From the NCBI GenBank assembly GCA_026770705.1, contig JANJGN010000188.1:558001-622000 (forward strand): DNA of 64,000 bases. The letters are read 5' to 3'. Below, in pieces: positions 25,150 through 39,280 of the stretch (its first letter is position 1; each line of letters opens with the position of its first letter). This stretch comes from Isurus oxyrinchus. Taxonomy: Eukaryota. The position numbers and the translations under genes are program-made. Below the pieces are notes generated by a model. The model searched no databases and was not told the origin of the DNA. It saw only the letters and a program-made list of their open reading frames with translations.

Positions 25150-26310
25150 ATAGTGATTGCACTCGATATCAAGGCAGCATTTGAATGTGTGTGGCATCAA
25201 GGAACACTGGCAAACAGAAATCAATGGGAATAAGGGGGAAACTCTCTGCGATTTTAGAGTCATACCTAGCATGAAGGAAAATGGTTGTGGTTGTTGGAGG
25301 TCATTCCTCACTGTAACTGGACATCACTGCAGGAGTTCCTCAGGGTAGTGTCCTCGAACCAGCCATCATCATCCAGCTGCTTCATCAATGAACTTGGTTC
25401 CAGCATACGGTCAGAAATGTGGATGTTTACTGATGATTGTACAATATTCAGCACAATTCGCAACTCCACATGTACTGAAGCAGTCCATGTCCAAATGCAG
25501 TAAGATCTGGACAATATTCTGATTTGGGCTGACAAGTAGCAAGTAACTTTCGTGCCACACAAGTGCCAAGCAATGACCATCTCCAGTGTGATAGAATCCA
25601 ACCATCACCGCCTGATATGCAATGGCACGTCAATCACTGAATACGCCATTGTCAATACCCTAGCGGTTGCCATTGACCAGAAACTGAACTGGATTGGCCA
25701 TCTAAATACTGTCACTACGAGCCCAGGTTCGAGGCTAAGAATCCTGCGGGGTTTCCCGACGGGAAAATAACTTCCTGGCTCTCCACAGCCTGTCCACCAT
25801 TTACAAGGCACAAGTAAGGAGTGTGTTGGATTATTCTCCACTTGCCTGGATGGGACAGTTTCCAAAACATTCAAGAACAATGACACCGTCCAGGACAAAG
25901 CAGCCCGCTTGAGTGATTCTGCATCTAAAACCATTCAATCCCTCCATCACGAACTAACAGCAGCAGCAGCATGTATCATTTATAAGGTGCACTGAAGGGA
26001 TTCACCAAGGTTCGTTTAGTCACAAATTTCAAGCCCATGACTACTACTATGTAGAAGTGAGAGGGCAGAATGGGGTGTGAACACCGCCACCTGGAGTCTC
26101 CCCTCCAAGCCACGCACCATCCTGACTTGCAAATAAACCTCCGTCCTTTCACTGTCGCTGGAACTTCCCCCTACATCACCATAGGCACACACACACCACA
26201 TGAACTCCAGCGGTTAAATAAGGCAGATCACCACCAACACTTCAAGTGAAACTAGGGATGGGCAATAAATGCTGGCCAAACCAGCAAAGCCAACATCGCG
26301 TGAACGATTT
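25150..26310 (+). mobile_element. CR1-like LINE RT and 3' end (second family)
   Basis: LDIKAAFE.VWH.G, GVPQGSVL, MFTDDCTIF, F.PHKCQAMTIS, then the 3' tail. Confidence 0.88.
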
Positions 26311-26319
26311 AAAATTAAA

Positions 26320-28260
26320 GCAAATTGAAAGCTTCAGGTTAGCAGCGAGCTGGAAGGAAACATTTTCTCCCACAGCTGTTTGATTACTCCGATCTTCACA
26401 AAGCTGCTCAGCAGCATCAGCGTCCTCCGTTTTGTCAATGTTGCAAATATCATGCTGCAAGGTTAAACATTTTTCGCCATAAATAGGCTGATAGCTGAAC
26501 CAAATGTCAAGCTGAAAAAATTCTCGCCATGAAATATGATGCCATCTCTCTTTTCTTTAATTCTTCCATGGGAAGTGGGCATGTGTCACAATGAGCAGCG
26601 CAAGTTGCTCATCCAGATTGGTCTTGACAAGGATCGCTAAATATAAAGAGTGAAAGCAATTCAAACATTGAAGGGAAAATAACCTTGAAATGTTGCCGTA
26701 TCGCAGGTTTGTTGCAATTTAACCTTTTGAACTTAATTGCGAATGAGAATTAAGGCAGTTGCTATATACAAACACATGACTGGGGCTTCAGCGCGAAATG
26801 AACAATTCCCCGTTGAATTTAAATTTGGTGTTTTAATTCGTGGGAGTTGCAAGGACAGATAACTTAAAAATATTTCCACCTGGCTCTCAATCAACGACTT
26901 TGGGCATTTAGAGTTGGGAAACTAAAAAATGACACAACAATTCATGGGCCAACTGCCCTTGTGATGTATGTATTTACTCGGTAACAGTCATAGAGCAGTG
27001 ACAATTCACGATCGGGGGAGCTCACTAATTTTTTGTCTTGCGTTTATCCTCTGCTGGGTGTCTTCCTAAAGAGACGATGTGAGATAGATTGGAATTGGAA
27101 AATGTTATGCAGGAAAGCATCGGCTTCTCAGCCACGGAGAAAATGAGCTTCATAAATATACCTCAACACTGAAGTACACGTTGAACGGTTAGGTATATTG
27201 CTCCGTTCTGGGATTGTTTGAAAGCAATTAGCAACACATTAGGAGTCCGTTGTGCAGCTCTATAAATAAGGTATACAGAAGTAACAAATGTGCTTTGGCC
27301 AATCCAGCAGCTGAATGTTGAGAAATCCGCTTATGAATAGACTTTCGTGAAAGAGGGTGGATTTACATGCATTGTTTGGAAGCGAGTTTTTAATTCGTGT
27401 ACAGGACTGTTGATGGCTGAAAATCACTTTTAGATAGGTTAGCGTGATACGTTGCAGTATCAATTGCATGTTGGTTCGCGGTGAACGATAGGCATGGGCA
27501 CAGTTGACAGCGATGTTACTGCTCATTGCTGTGCAAGTGTTCAGCTGTAGAGTAGAAAATATTTGATCAAATGTTACCGACAGATCGGTGGCACAGAATT
27601 GTTTAACTAAGCCGGGAATTGTGATAAAAAAGGCGCAAATTTTCCAAGAAGCACAAAAGAAATGAAAACTGCAATCCGACTGGAGTCATTGCCCCCAGTT
27701 GAAACAGTCTTGCAGGTGTCTGTTACTACTTCAGGACTGTAACTGAAGATTGCAGTCAACATGAGTTTTACGACGGAGAAGTTTCACTGACCAGTATGGG
27801 ATCAATCCTGCGAGTTGTGCGTCATATGCACCATGTTCTAAACACGTGAGCTATCCATTCATAGCCTTCCAATTTCCCCAGTGAGATCAAGTGACATTCT
27901 GATTCGGTCTATCAGTGAATGGACAATCCAGTATTCTTCCTCACTGTCTGATCGCGCACCAGCTGGAACATCAGAACTCTCATTTTTGCAAACTCAAAGC
28001 TTCAGGTCACCAGCGAGCTGGAAGGACAAATTTATTCCAAGAGCTGTCTGAAATTTCCGACCTTCACAAAGCTGCGCAGCAAAAGGTTCTTTGCTTTTTT
28101 TTTCTCAGTGTTAAAACTATTCTGTCGATAGCAAAACTCAAGGAGCAACATTTCACCTCATCGATAATCAGATATATTGTGCAATATATTGCATTCAGGA
28201 TATCAACAACACCCTACACGAAACAATAACTCGCTTCCCAAAAAGCAATCTCGGCCTCGT
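26320..28260 (-). repeat. Inverted paralogue of the 58.1-60.1 kb tRNA-Ile spacer region
   Basis: 27950-28080 and 26325-26410 match the reverse complement of 59915-60050 and 58630-58710. 26690-27060 matches the reverse complement of 59290-59700 and 58090-58420. Confidence 0.82.
27788..27860 (-). pseudogene. Decayed tRNA-Ile
   Basis: The reverse complement gaatggatagctcacgtgtttagaacatggtgcatatgacgcacaactcgcaggattgatcccatactggtca aligns end to end with the tRNA-Ile at 58826 and has the same upstream flank. Confidence 0.78.
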
Positions 28261-28359
28261 TCTGCAGTCTATTCATAAGCGAAGTTTGAATATGCAGTTA
28301 GCAGCTGGCTAGGCAAATAAATCACTTGTTGCTTCAATATGCCTTCTAGAAATGCTGCA

Positions 28360-28750
28360 CAACGGACTGTCATAGACCCATTAACGTTTACAGCACAGGT
28401 GGAGGCCACTCGGCCCATCGTGTCAACAAAGATCTGACTACAGTAACCCAGTTGTCCAGCGCTTGGCCCATATCCCTGTAAGCTATGGCAACGCGTTTGA
28501 ATATCTATATGTTTCTTAAATGTTGCGAGAAATTCTGTCACAACCACACTATCCGACAGTGAGTTCCAGAATTGCACCACTCTCTGGGTGAAATAACTTC
28601 TCAACTCACCTCTTAGCCTTCTCCTTCTTACCTAAAATCAATGTTCCCGAGCTAATGACCCTCTACTAATGGGAATAGTGCCTTCCTGTCCATCATAACG
28701 GCCCTCATAATCTTATACACTTCTATCAGTCCTCTTTCAAACTTCGTTCC
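28360..28750 (-). mobile_element. CR1 LINE 3' end
   Basis: RSYFTQRVVQFWNSL...FKKHID (ORF 28269-28604). Confidence 0.85.
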
Positions 28751-28759
28751 TTTCAGAAT

Positions 28760-31700
28760 CCTTCATTTATAACTTTCTCTCTCTAAATCTACCACAACAA
28801 TGCCTCAATTTGCTTCTCTTTGTCATAGTGATATTTTAGCATATTTGCATGACACACACACTGTGTCTTCCCTCCAGCTGGAGTACTAATTCAATAATTT
28901 ATTTCACTCAGTGTCCTATCAATCCTGTAACGCCCAACAAACTTTCCTTTTAACAATTCACCCAGTACTGGTGACAAAACGTCAATTTTGCTTCAGTTAA
29001 AAATAAAATACAAGCAGTGGCTCTCCTCTCTACCTTTACTTTAATCACATGTTCTGCTGACTTTAAATGTTCCCTAGATTGCTAGCATGCTGTGGTCAAT
29101 ATTTCGTTGAAGTTTGATGCATAATCATGGAGAGTATTTTCCGAATTTTGACCAACAAATTTCCGTTTAATGAACTTTACTCCTACATTTACCTCTTGAC
29201 CATAAACTAATTCGAACAGAATAAATCTAATAGATACATGAGGAGCAACACAAGGAGCAATCAGCACGAGTGGAACACCCCTAAACCAATCCATTCTTGA
29301 TGATAAGCCGTCATATTTGTTTTTAAATGCTGGTGCTTTTTTCCAAAGCCACTTATAATTCAGGATGATAGGTTGTTGTACTTTTTTTTTATCCCAAAGA
29401 AGGTCGTTACTTCTGACAACAGCTATGACATGAATTTTGACAGCTGATCGGATTGCATTTCTTTAGGTAAAGCATGTTTCTTGGAGAAAAATGTCACTTC
29501 CTCCAAAATTCGCTTCTGTAATGTTTCCCGAAGGTATCGCCTGTTCAGTCCATGTTGACATATCCATTATTGTTCGCAAGAACAGATTTCCACTTTTCAC
29601 CTTAGGGAGCTGTCCTGCACAATCATCCATAACACTAGAAAAAACGTTGCTGCAGTGATGGAATTGGTGTTCAAGATGCCTGCTTGATCACTGTTGTAGG
29701 TTGCCTATCACCTGCCATGTGTGACATGATCTATCGAATTTCATTACATCTCTATGCAATCCAGAACAATGGAAATATTTTTTCTCTCTTCTGTGTATTT
29801 CTAATTCCTAAATTCGCCCTATTGGAATTCCCAGAGCTACTCTTAATGCCCAATTTATAAACGCAGCTGGTATACCAACCTGATGCACTTACATCCATTT
29901 TTTACCCGCCTGAACTTGATATGGTCACAATTTCTTTATTAGCATATTGCCCTTTAGGTAGTACCATTTTGGAATACATTCTCCCTCTGTTTCTGAATGA
30001 GCTGTCTGATATAACTACGCCATTCGTGGATCTTTTAGTTGTAGCTCTACCAAATGGCTTAAAGTAAACACTTCAGCTTCATTATCTTCCATTATTTCTC
30101 CCTGAACAATGTTATCAGAGGTCGTGTCAGCTGGTTGAACTTTAGCATGTTTCTCCTGTCTTTAACCTTGCTCTTCTTCCTGTTTCCACGTGTGAACTAG
30201 TGATCTTGTGAGTGCATAATCTGGAAACAATCCAAAATGCTCTTTCTTCAACATTTCTGTTCAATGCATAATTGAGACTGCTCAAATAAAGTATGCTTCA
30301 CCCATACCAGTTGCCCAGCTATATAATGATCTAAAATAAAGCGTACCTCCACAATGGAAAATTTTGCGCTCCAACAATCTCCTCGTCTTTTACGGATACA
30401 CTGTTTAAATTTAACTTCCGGCATGGAAAAGGTTTAGCATCTCCACAGCCCCGCTTATTACCACTTGTTCCTGCAATTCTCCCCTTGAGATACAAATAAC
30501 ACTACCCAATATCAGTTCGTATTGACTATCTCCTGTGTCCCTTAAAATGTGAATATTTTGACCTGCTCCACGCTGCACACATGTAAAAACTAACGCTACA
30601 CATACAAAACGTTTAAACAGTTCTGCAATCAGGAATTCAGAGCTCCCCCGGGGTAAATTGTTAACACACTCCTACTTCGTTATGCATCACTGATCCTTGC
30701 TGTTTTACCTGTACGCAAACCACTGTTTTTTTGTCCTTTGTTTTTCTTCCTGTGTCTGGACCACAAGAGCCACGGTACACTTAATTCCAGGATTTTTCTG
30801 CATTCCAGTTATTGCAGCAGCTTTTCCCGTTAATCTCCAGTGCATTGTCTTCGTATGCCCAAATTTGTTGCAATGAAGATACCACAGGTTCCATGGGCTG
30901 CTTTCATACTCGGAACCTTCCTTTTGTGTTATGTGACAAAACTCCATAGGAATTCCCAAATACACCTTCTCTTCCCTTATTACTTGCATTCATTTCAGCT
31001 CCTGACTTTCTGTGGTTCCCTGATTTTATAAAATCTTACGAAATAAAGGCTTATATCTATGAACTAACTGATAAACATCAGATATCTCTGTTGCTTGTTA
31101 TAGTGCTTAAAGGCTTTGCTCCTTCACATGACTACTCCCGACTAATGGGACCGAATCCCAAAATTTTTCCGAAAGGATTATTTCTCTTAGAGACACCTAT
31201 CTTGTCTTTACTTTTAATGCACTTACCCACACATCAGAATAACTTTGTTTTACGATCTCAAACACAATATAAGTTTGCTAAGAGCGTTTTATTCTTGCGA
31301 AAGTTCTGCTTGTACCCCCCAGGAACCAATTCTTCTGCACTCAAAAAATCCTGTTTTACTGCAACGTAATCCAATTAAATTCTTCTAACTGTGAAGCATA
31401 AACACCATGAGGTCTACCCAGTAACATATTCTATAAAAGAAACGCACAATGTTCTTGTGGCCTTTAAATATTCTTAGCTTTCCTTTGACATAAAATCAAG
31501 AGCGCCTCTACATCCCGTCCTCAAAATTCGGAAGATTTTGCACGAAGTTGAACCTCTCCCCAGTGGATTTTAGTTTGAAGTTTTTCTCATCATGGAAACA
31601 TTCGTCAGCTCAGGTCTATGCTTTATAGTCCAGATGTTAAATTGGCATTCTCATTCTCCTTCCTTCCTCTTCTCCATTGCCGCCTTTTCTCTCTGAAGGT

Positions 31701-33270
31701 CGAATTTTCACATTTTCATTTATCTTTTAAATACACTTTATGTTTCTCTTTCTTTCTCTGCCCCTTCTTTTTATATTATCTTCAGTCCCAGCTTTTTTTT
31801 TAAATGAATTTCCATTGCTGGTTCAAATTTATAATTATTCATTCGTAACTTAAGTCTGACTTTCTCCAGCTTTGACTAGCTCGTGTCATGTATGAAATCC
31901 AACTTCAAATGATGAGCCATACCTCGGCAATTTTCCACATAGCCAGATAGATGCCGATGTAGTAGCTCTACTAGAACAGCTTGGCTAGGAGTGCTGCAAG
32001 TTCTGTTGCGCAAGTAATCACGACTGTTGCTGGAATATTGTCAGGCCCATAGATTTTGCTCTATACCATGCCTTCAGGAGTTTAACTTAAAATATACCTA
32101 TTTGCTTTGTTGCTACCTATAGCCTCAACAGCAATGTATTCGACAATTCTGTTAACTTGCAATTTGGTATTTTTTGTAACGCCATCACAATTATAGTTTC
32201 TACTCCCAAAAAAGTTTTACTTATGGATGCAGCCATTGTGTGTAGTTTTATCTCGTTAAAATCAGTCCCCCAACTCCTGAATTCAATGTGCTTCTTGTAA
32301 TCGTACACTTTCTATTCACCAACTCCAAACTAATCAAGGACCTTCATATATTCTGGAAAAAAAATCCTAATATTTTATGAAGTGACTGAAGATGTGTAAC
32401 TGGTGGACCAAATCCACGATAGAATCTTGATCAAGCTATCAGAAATGAGTTACCATTTATATTTACTGCAAGCTGTGTGCACTGAATTCAAAAGTAATGG
32501 TTCCACAATGAATTTTGAGATGTAGAAAAAGATCAATTTCAAGCATGCATGTCATAGGACAAAATGCTTTCCACGACAATAACTCCTCGAATTCCAGGAT
32601 AGCATGACTCCCAAATGTACTTCATTTAAGGCAGCAGTCCAAAACAAAATTCAGAACTGAAATAGGAAACGCAAATTTACCCAACACCAACGGGACAGTG
32701 TAATTCAAAATTAATCTTCCCCGACTTCCATTTCGTTATACAACAGACTTATGAAAAAATTCTGGAGATTTCGTTATGCCTATTTCACTCAGTCCTGTTG
32801 GAATTTTCATTGTCACCCAAAGCATAACCTTTCGTTGACCTGTATATATGTTCGGATCTTATAAATATGTAGAATTTGCTGTTCCATATGTCTTTGAATT
32901 TCTGTATTCCTCATAATATTAAAACATTTATATTGCCAACATATATTTTCAGCAATGTCGGCATAAATTAAACACATTCACTTGCATTGATTACCTCGGT
33001 AATTTTAAACACACTAACATCCTTTTACAATCATTTAACCCTTAATTTATCTAAAAATGCAAATTCCCTTTATACCTTACATGCTAATGCAGCGTGAATG
33101 GTTACTCCTTAGTTATGAAGCAACTGCTTCTTTTGATGTTTTAAAGCCTGTAACCTGTTTGATTACAAATGTAATTAATTAACACAGAAAACGATCTATA
33201 TTTAACCATATAAATGTACTTTACAATAAAGGAGAAAAAAAATATGAAAAATATATAATTTCATCGCAAA
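28760..33270 (-). mobile_element. Gypsy-type LTR retrotransposon remnant (probable LTR ~32.4-33.3 kb, gag, protease, integrase; RT largely absent)
   Basis: Minus-strand motifs in the expected order: degenerate zinc knuckle HCNKFGHTKTMHW (~30850), protease ILRDTGDSQ (~30540), and integrase end W..GVPL.L.A......FELVYGQEV (ORF 29082-29294). The LTR assignment is tentative. A short LINE fragment is nested at ~31910-32080. Confidence 0.78.
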
Positions 33271-33959
33271 ACAAATTGGATATGAATGCCAAATCTACCG
33301 ACCCAAGCAAGTAAATTTAATTCTGAATCAGAAACTGAGAGATGGATTCTGATAAATGTCTGCAGCAGTATAAAAGAACTGTAGTTGAAAGCAAGCAAGG
33401 AGAATTAAAAAGGGAACAGAGGACATGGCAATGTCACCGATAATGTTCAAACATAACTGGCACATGCATTGCAATTACGAGAAAAAAAAATAGTGGACGA
33501 TTGTTGAAAACGAAGGGCCTGACAGACACTAAACCGGTGGCTAGTGCACAAAAATTAAAATGTAGACATACCTCGTAATGAAACATTTTAGAACAGACGA
33601 ATGAGGTCCCGAATGCAATATCCAACGTGGTGGGGCGGGGTGGGGGGTGGGGAGGGGGGATGGGAGCGAGGGATGAGGCCTTAACAGCACTAACTACCAC
33701 CTAGTAGCATGCGAAAAAGGACATCAAGGCAAATTAGAAATTCTTTCCAATCCATTCCTTTCAGAGGCTCCTGAATGGAACAGTTGCATTCATAGAGAAA
33801 TCAAAGTGTGACATCACACATTTATTCATTTTCAGAACTGGTGTGCTTTGTGAGAAATTGCAAGGACACGATAGTTATAGTAGTGCTTACAATTGTCATT
33901 GAAGCAGTGTTCATTACTTACAAATTAATTAAGAAATTATTTATTATACAAAATAAAGA

Positions 33960-34470
33960 AAGCATGGCAGGTTATATGTTGCGACTGCAGAATATGTGAT
34001 TTTCCGGTAAACGGAGTGACCCAGGGCGTTATTGCCTGTACTGTCTGTCTAAATCTCGAGGTAATTGGACACATTGTCAGTGACCTGGAAGTCGACATGC
34101 AAACACTGCTATGCTACATGGAAGGGAATATTTACTTGGATGGTGGAGCTTTCCAAAGCCGTTGTAAAGGAGCCCGCCACAGGGAATATAGCGGTGGATG
34201 ATCCGGCCTGCTGGTGGTGCAGGATAATCCTGCCTTATTTACAAGTAGTCAGTCGCACAATTTGGGATAGGGTCTTCTGATTGGATCAGTGGCAAGGGCA
34301 GGAAGATATGACTGCAAGTGATGCTGGTGTGATGACCAAGAACGTTGAAGTGTTGTAGCCTCAGCTTTTCAATTGTCCAAGAGTTTCGATGCTCTTGCAG
34401 CCTATATGGATGGGTATAGTGGATTCAGGATGGGGGAATAAATTGAGCATCGTACACAAATTTATTCAAG
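33960..34470 (+). mobile_element. CR1 ORF1-like 5' fragment
   Basis: MAG..C..C...C.VC..L..I...V..LE....L motif, as in CR1 ORF1 N-termini. Confidence 0.55.
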
Positions 34471-34489
34471 CGAGAACAGAAAAACATAC

Positions 34490-35650
34490 AAACATTCTGA
34501 ATATGAGCACAGGTTGGCCGTTCAGCGTATTGAGCCTGCTCTACAGTTCAATAAAATCATGGCTGATATGTTTATGTTTCGTTATCAACATTCTAACCAA
34601 TAGCGACAATGTTTGATTTATTTTCTTAACATGGAGCCATCTACCTCTGCCATAGCAGGTACAATGAATTCGCTTCCACCAGAGTCTGGGAGAAAGGAAA
34701 TCTCCTCATCTCTGTCCAAAAAAGTCGGTACAAAGATTATAAAGTCCCCAAGTTCTGGATTCAATGACAAGTGGAATCATCTTTTCTATGTCGACATTTT
34801 CTCGATGGTTCAGGATATCAAATTCTTCAAACAAGTCACCAATCACTCTTCAAATCTCCAGTAGAAAAAGGCCCGGACTGTCGAGCTTTTCCTCGTTTGA
34901 AAACTCGCACATTCCAGGCATCAATCCAGAGACCCCCTTCTGAAACGTTACCAATTCATGTACATCCTTCCTGAAACAAGGAGACCAAATTTGCAAGCAA
35001 TCCTTGAGGTGCGGTCTCACCAATGCCATATTGAACTGAGGAATAACATTATTGCTCACATTCTGTATTCCTCGCATAACATGGCACATCATTCCATGAG
35101 CTCTCTTATTTAGTTGTTGTACCTGCATGCTAATCTCGTGCTACACAAGTACAAGAACACGTAGACTCCTCTGCACTCAGAATGCTGCAGCCATACAACT
35201 TCACATTTTCCCACACGCGATGGTACACTGGTGTTGTCGCTGGGTCAATAATGCATAAAAAAGGAATATGCTCTGGGTCCAGCGTTCGAATTCCATCCAT
35301 ACCTATGCTGCGATGGCGAGCAACGTCCATCTCCCATGAATGAATATAAAACACTCTTTCTGCCATATTTTTGGCCAGTTACTCAACCTATATATAATCT
35401 GTCAAATTTAGGTACCACAACTTCACTCGCCACATCCATGTCCTTGATGAGCACTGTAAAGGTTAAGGCTCCAGCATTAACGCCTGTTGCAATCCACTCG
35501 TCACATCTGGTTTGTCAGAAAAAAAAAACAAAAATTCGATGCATATTACTTTGTTTTTTTCCGGGTAGAACAACCTAGTATGGAGACTAATCTGTTAACG
35601 CTACGCCATGAACTTATACTTTTCGTTATTTCCTTTGATGTGGCATCTTA
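34490..35650 (-). mobile_element. CR1 LINE RT and 3' end, decayed, with a nested SINE head
   Basis: ALVRPHL..C.Q.WSP..RKDV (ORF 34850-35128). Confidence 0.8.
35215..35325 (+). mobile_element. tRNA-derived SINE head
   Basis: A-box-like tggtacactgg and B-box-like gcgttcgaattcc, spaced further apart than in a tRNA. No cloverleaf. Confidence 0.5.
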
Positions 35651-35879
35651 GATGAGGTAATGCGGAATTTGATGGACAGAGTGTGCCACGAATGGGGAAG
35701 GTCCATTTCCTTATGATAAGGCTTGAAGTTACAAAAACATGAAATAAAAGCTCTGTGTCCGAATTTACAATGCGTTCATAAACAAACAAAAATATTGGCA
35801 GCACAAATAGACATAATCACCCATAATCTTACAGCCATTACAGAAAAGTGGTAGCTGTATCTTTCGAGAAGTCTTTACC

Positions 35880-36753
35880 TGAAACGAGATGGCACGAGCG
35901 TTCTGCCAAGGCATAAACTTTGGCCATTGGAAGGAGCTTTATATTAAATCGTGTGGGCAATGGGTCAGATTTTGGAAGATGTGATAAAACAAGTAGAGAA
36001 ACCAAGGCAAAATGACACGGTCGTGAGAAGGAAATGATGAGGACATGACGTTCATGAAAAAAACAGAGAATTGACATTAAAAATCGAATTCCATATGTGT
36101 GTTCTGGCAGCCATTTACAGAGGCATTGGCTGCAAGATGGCAACGAACAGGGGCATAATATTTAATGTTTCTTTGCAACTTGGAAGGCCAAGAAGCTTGG
36201 CAGAATTGGATGGAGGCCCTGTAAATTAAGGAAAACGTTGATGCAACATGAATTATACATTTGCATGAATGGTAGGACCTGTGGAATAGAGGGCTTAGAT
36301 GAGCTGCACACTCCTCCCATCCGATGCAAAATATATTCAATATGCACAAAGTTTGCTAATGACCATCAGTAGCAAAGGGCGTCCCCCGACCTAAGCTAGC
36401 CTGGTCTCCTTGTCACTCCAAATGCCTGGCAATGTGCTTCACTCTTTACTGTCCCCTCGCAAGTCATTCGATTGAACTCACCTCCCACAGAATGGACTGT
36501 CGTGGTTCAGGAAGGCTGTTCATCAATAGTTTGACAATGGCAATGAGAGATGGGCAAACAATTGCTGAACTTGGCAACGATGACCTCGAAAGAATTCTAA
36601 AGAAATTTAAGGAAACAGTAGGTGCTAATCTGTGGGAGGTTTCCTTGTTGTTGTTTGCAGTGGTTTTAGGAGACTACATGGGGTCCAAGATACAATTTTG
36701 TGTACTCCAAAGCTAACTCCTTGTTTAATGCACGCCACTATGCTGCCTCCTTT

Positions 36754-36839
<86 letters not shown>

Positions 36840-38590
36840 TGTAGGACGGGGTGGGGTGGTAGTGTTCTTGGCCCTGCTGGCGGAGCAGGACATGGCCTGC
36901 AATGGTTTCTAGAATATTGCAACGATTCAGTGTGTATGACTATGTCAGGCTTTTGCTTGATCAGTTTGTCTGATTGTTCAACTATTCATATCGTGGAAAC
37001 ATTCTCGTGAGTCTTTTTTGCATTCATGTCTTGGTAATATCATCCACGAACGAACATTGCAAGTCTGTAGAGATGGAGGGACATCACAGAACACGACAGG
37101 ATTCGAACCATCTTGATTTTAAAAAGGGTCCCAGTCTGTAATGTTAGCCTAGTGTAACTGCCATTTACGTTTGTGTACGAACACTGTCAACAATCAAAGA
37201 GATTACTCACTACCAGCAATAATACAGTAGGTTCAGGAATATTAATACCACAATAGCATCATACGCAATAAAGTGAGAATAGGATCAGCATCAATAAAGC
37301 TAATTTTGGTTTGCTAACAAAAACGTTAGTGTAGCGTTGGCGCCAATAACAGAAAGATCTATTTTTAAATATAGAGTGAATGATTACACTGTTCAAAATG
37401 GCTGTTGAGTATCCACCCTCAAATGTTTAACCCAGTGTCCAGGAGGAACTTGCACTCAAGAGATTTGGCCTGTGCACATTAAGCATTAACTCTGCGCCTG
37501 TAGTACATTCCACTTCGTGATTGTAAAGGATGGAACTTCATGAACTGAGCTGTGCCATCTCCCAATTGCTGCTCCCGGGTGGGCTGAAGCAGAAAATCTA
37601 CCAATAATTGTTCAGTGACTGTAAGTAAAACGATGTTTCATTTTTTCGTGCTGGGTCACCGAGTAACCAAAAAAAAAATGCGTTTGTTAATGAGTCTAAC
37701 ATGCACTTCAGTTGGATCAGAATTCACCTGTTCTTGATAAAAATTTTACCAGCGGCAATTCTCCTGATAAAGGACATGTTCTATCTTCTTCTCGCAACCT
37801 TTCGTGTTCCTGGTCAGTCGGAGAATCCTGTTGATGAAAAATTGTTCGATTTCATGACAGTTTTGGCCCCTATAAGGTATTTTAATAACTTTCTGATTGC
37901 ACCGTCATTATATAATCACAGAGACGTTGGAGTAAATCACTAATACCAGCAGAACAGCAAATTAGGCGCGGGAGGCGAGGCTCTATGCATTTAATAAAAT
38001 ATGAGCGTCCTTGAAATTTATTTCATTATCGCAGACTTCTCACTCGCTTTTAAAAATGAGCTGCTCATTAAACGCTATCTGCTTGTTTTCCGTTTAGAAC
38101 CTTGCTAACTCTCCTTAATATGGAAATTACTCTGGCGACAGGTGAAGTTTTGGAAAATCATTGAAAGGTAATTTGTAAAACATATGCTTCAAGAACAAAT
38201 CATGCAGCTCCCAGAGCTTCCACTTGCTGCAAAGCATCCCCAAAGAATCTCCCAGGTGCCTCAATGTCACCGGAAAATCCCTCTGCCACATTCTGGGATG
38301 TATTCCTGATTTAGCTTTGCCAAAGCGGAGCGTTAGGTGAAATAGGTGAAAGACTTTCTTTTGCATCTTCCGTCCAGGCAGCCTGTTTAAGCGTGAGGTG
38401 TTCAAAGTGCATTTATAAATAATAACGACCAATATCTCATTCAATATTCTTTTCCGAATTGCTGTGTAATTCGTTACTGAAACTTTGCAGAATGAGGAGA
38501 AGTATAAGCAAAGCCTAACGGGCCAGCGGCATCACGTGAGTTGAACGAGGCATGGGCAGTGTTGAATAACATTTGGCAGCTCTTTCCGGA
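35880..38590 (-). pseudogene. Highly decayed Toll-like-receptor-like gene (LRRs, LRR-CT, TIR)
   Basis: Frame-hopping translation gives, in TLR order: LRR-like segments (TLRHLG, NKQIAFNEQLIFKS..RSLR, KISFIDAD), LRR-CT-like SNLFDC*QC...FCDVPPSL....C, then TIR-like W....HLSPLF...CKCIIH..STF, SCKETLNIM, FFHERHVLII.F and PSNGQSL-WQNARAI. No transmembrane helix was recognised. Confidence 0.45.
36755..36836 (+). repeat. (GT)41 perfect microsatellite
   Basis: Direct reading. Confidence 0.97.
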
Positions 38591-38959
38591 AATATAAAGA
38601 TTCAAATTAAATATTGGGCAGCTGAAAAAAAAACAAATGGTAGGGGCGCAAAATTGGACCGGCCTGTCCACCTCTGATATTGCAGTCAGTGGAACTGAAC
38701 ATCAGGAAGTCCTGTGAAATGCCTCCAGATCCCCTACCGCTTCTCTACAGCGGCCTGAGGCAAATTTGTAGCTAATTTTCAAGCTCCTACCATGAAAAGG
38801 AGCATAATGTACTGGGCCGTTAGTTTACAATAGCAGATAAGAGTTGGGAAATGTGGCAGGGAAGACCTTGGCCTTTTAGACCCCCAGCGACTATTCCGCA
38901 TTATTCTTGGATGATGTTTAATGCTCCCGTACATTAGGTCATGCGAACACAAAGAAGAA

Positions 38960-39280
38960 AATAAATACTGTGGATAGTGCAGTAAATCTGAAACAGAAAG
39001 GACAGATTTCTGAAACAAAGTAGAAAATGCTGGAAATGGAAACAGGTCAAGCAGCAGATGGTGGGCAGGGGAGCAAGTCAGGAGGGGCATCAATACACAT
39101 AAAAAGCCAACTTCGTGAGACTACATGGTGAGATTATAGGCAAGTTAGCAGGTCAGACAAGGAAGAAAAACAAAATACGTTTTGGGTTCTGAGAGTTGGC
39201 TTGGAGAGTTAACTCTGTTTCTCTTTCTACAGTCACCCCCTGACAGAAATAGCCTTTCCAGCATTTCTGCCATGCCTTCA
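38960..39280. repeat. Penelope-derived inverted terminal repeat pair, decayed
   Basis: tagaaaatgctggaaat...cagg..gcagca on the left and gttaactctgtttctct...ttccagcatttctg on the right. Confidence 0.6.

Noticed and set aside
37085-37115. B-box-like ggttcgaatcc on the minus strand
   Set aside because: No A-box or cloverleaf upstream. It falls inside the LRR-CT-like segment and is probably chance.
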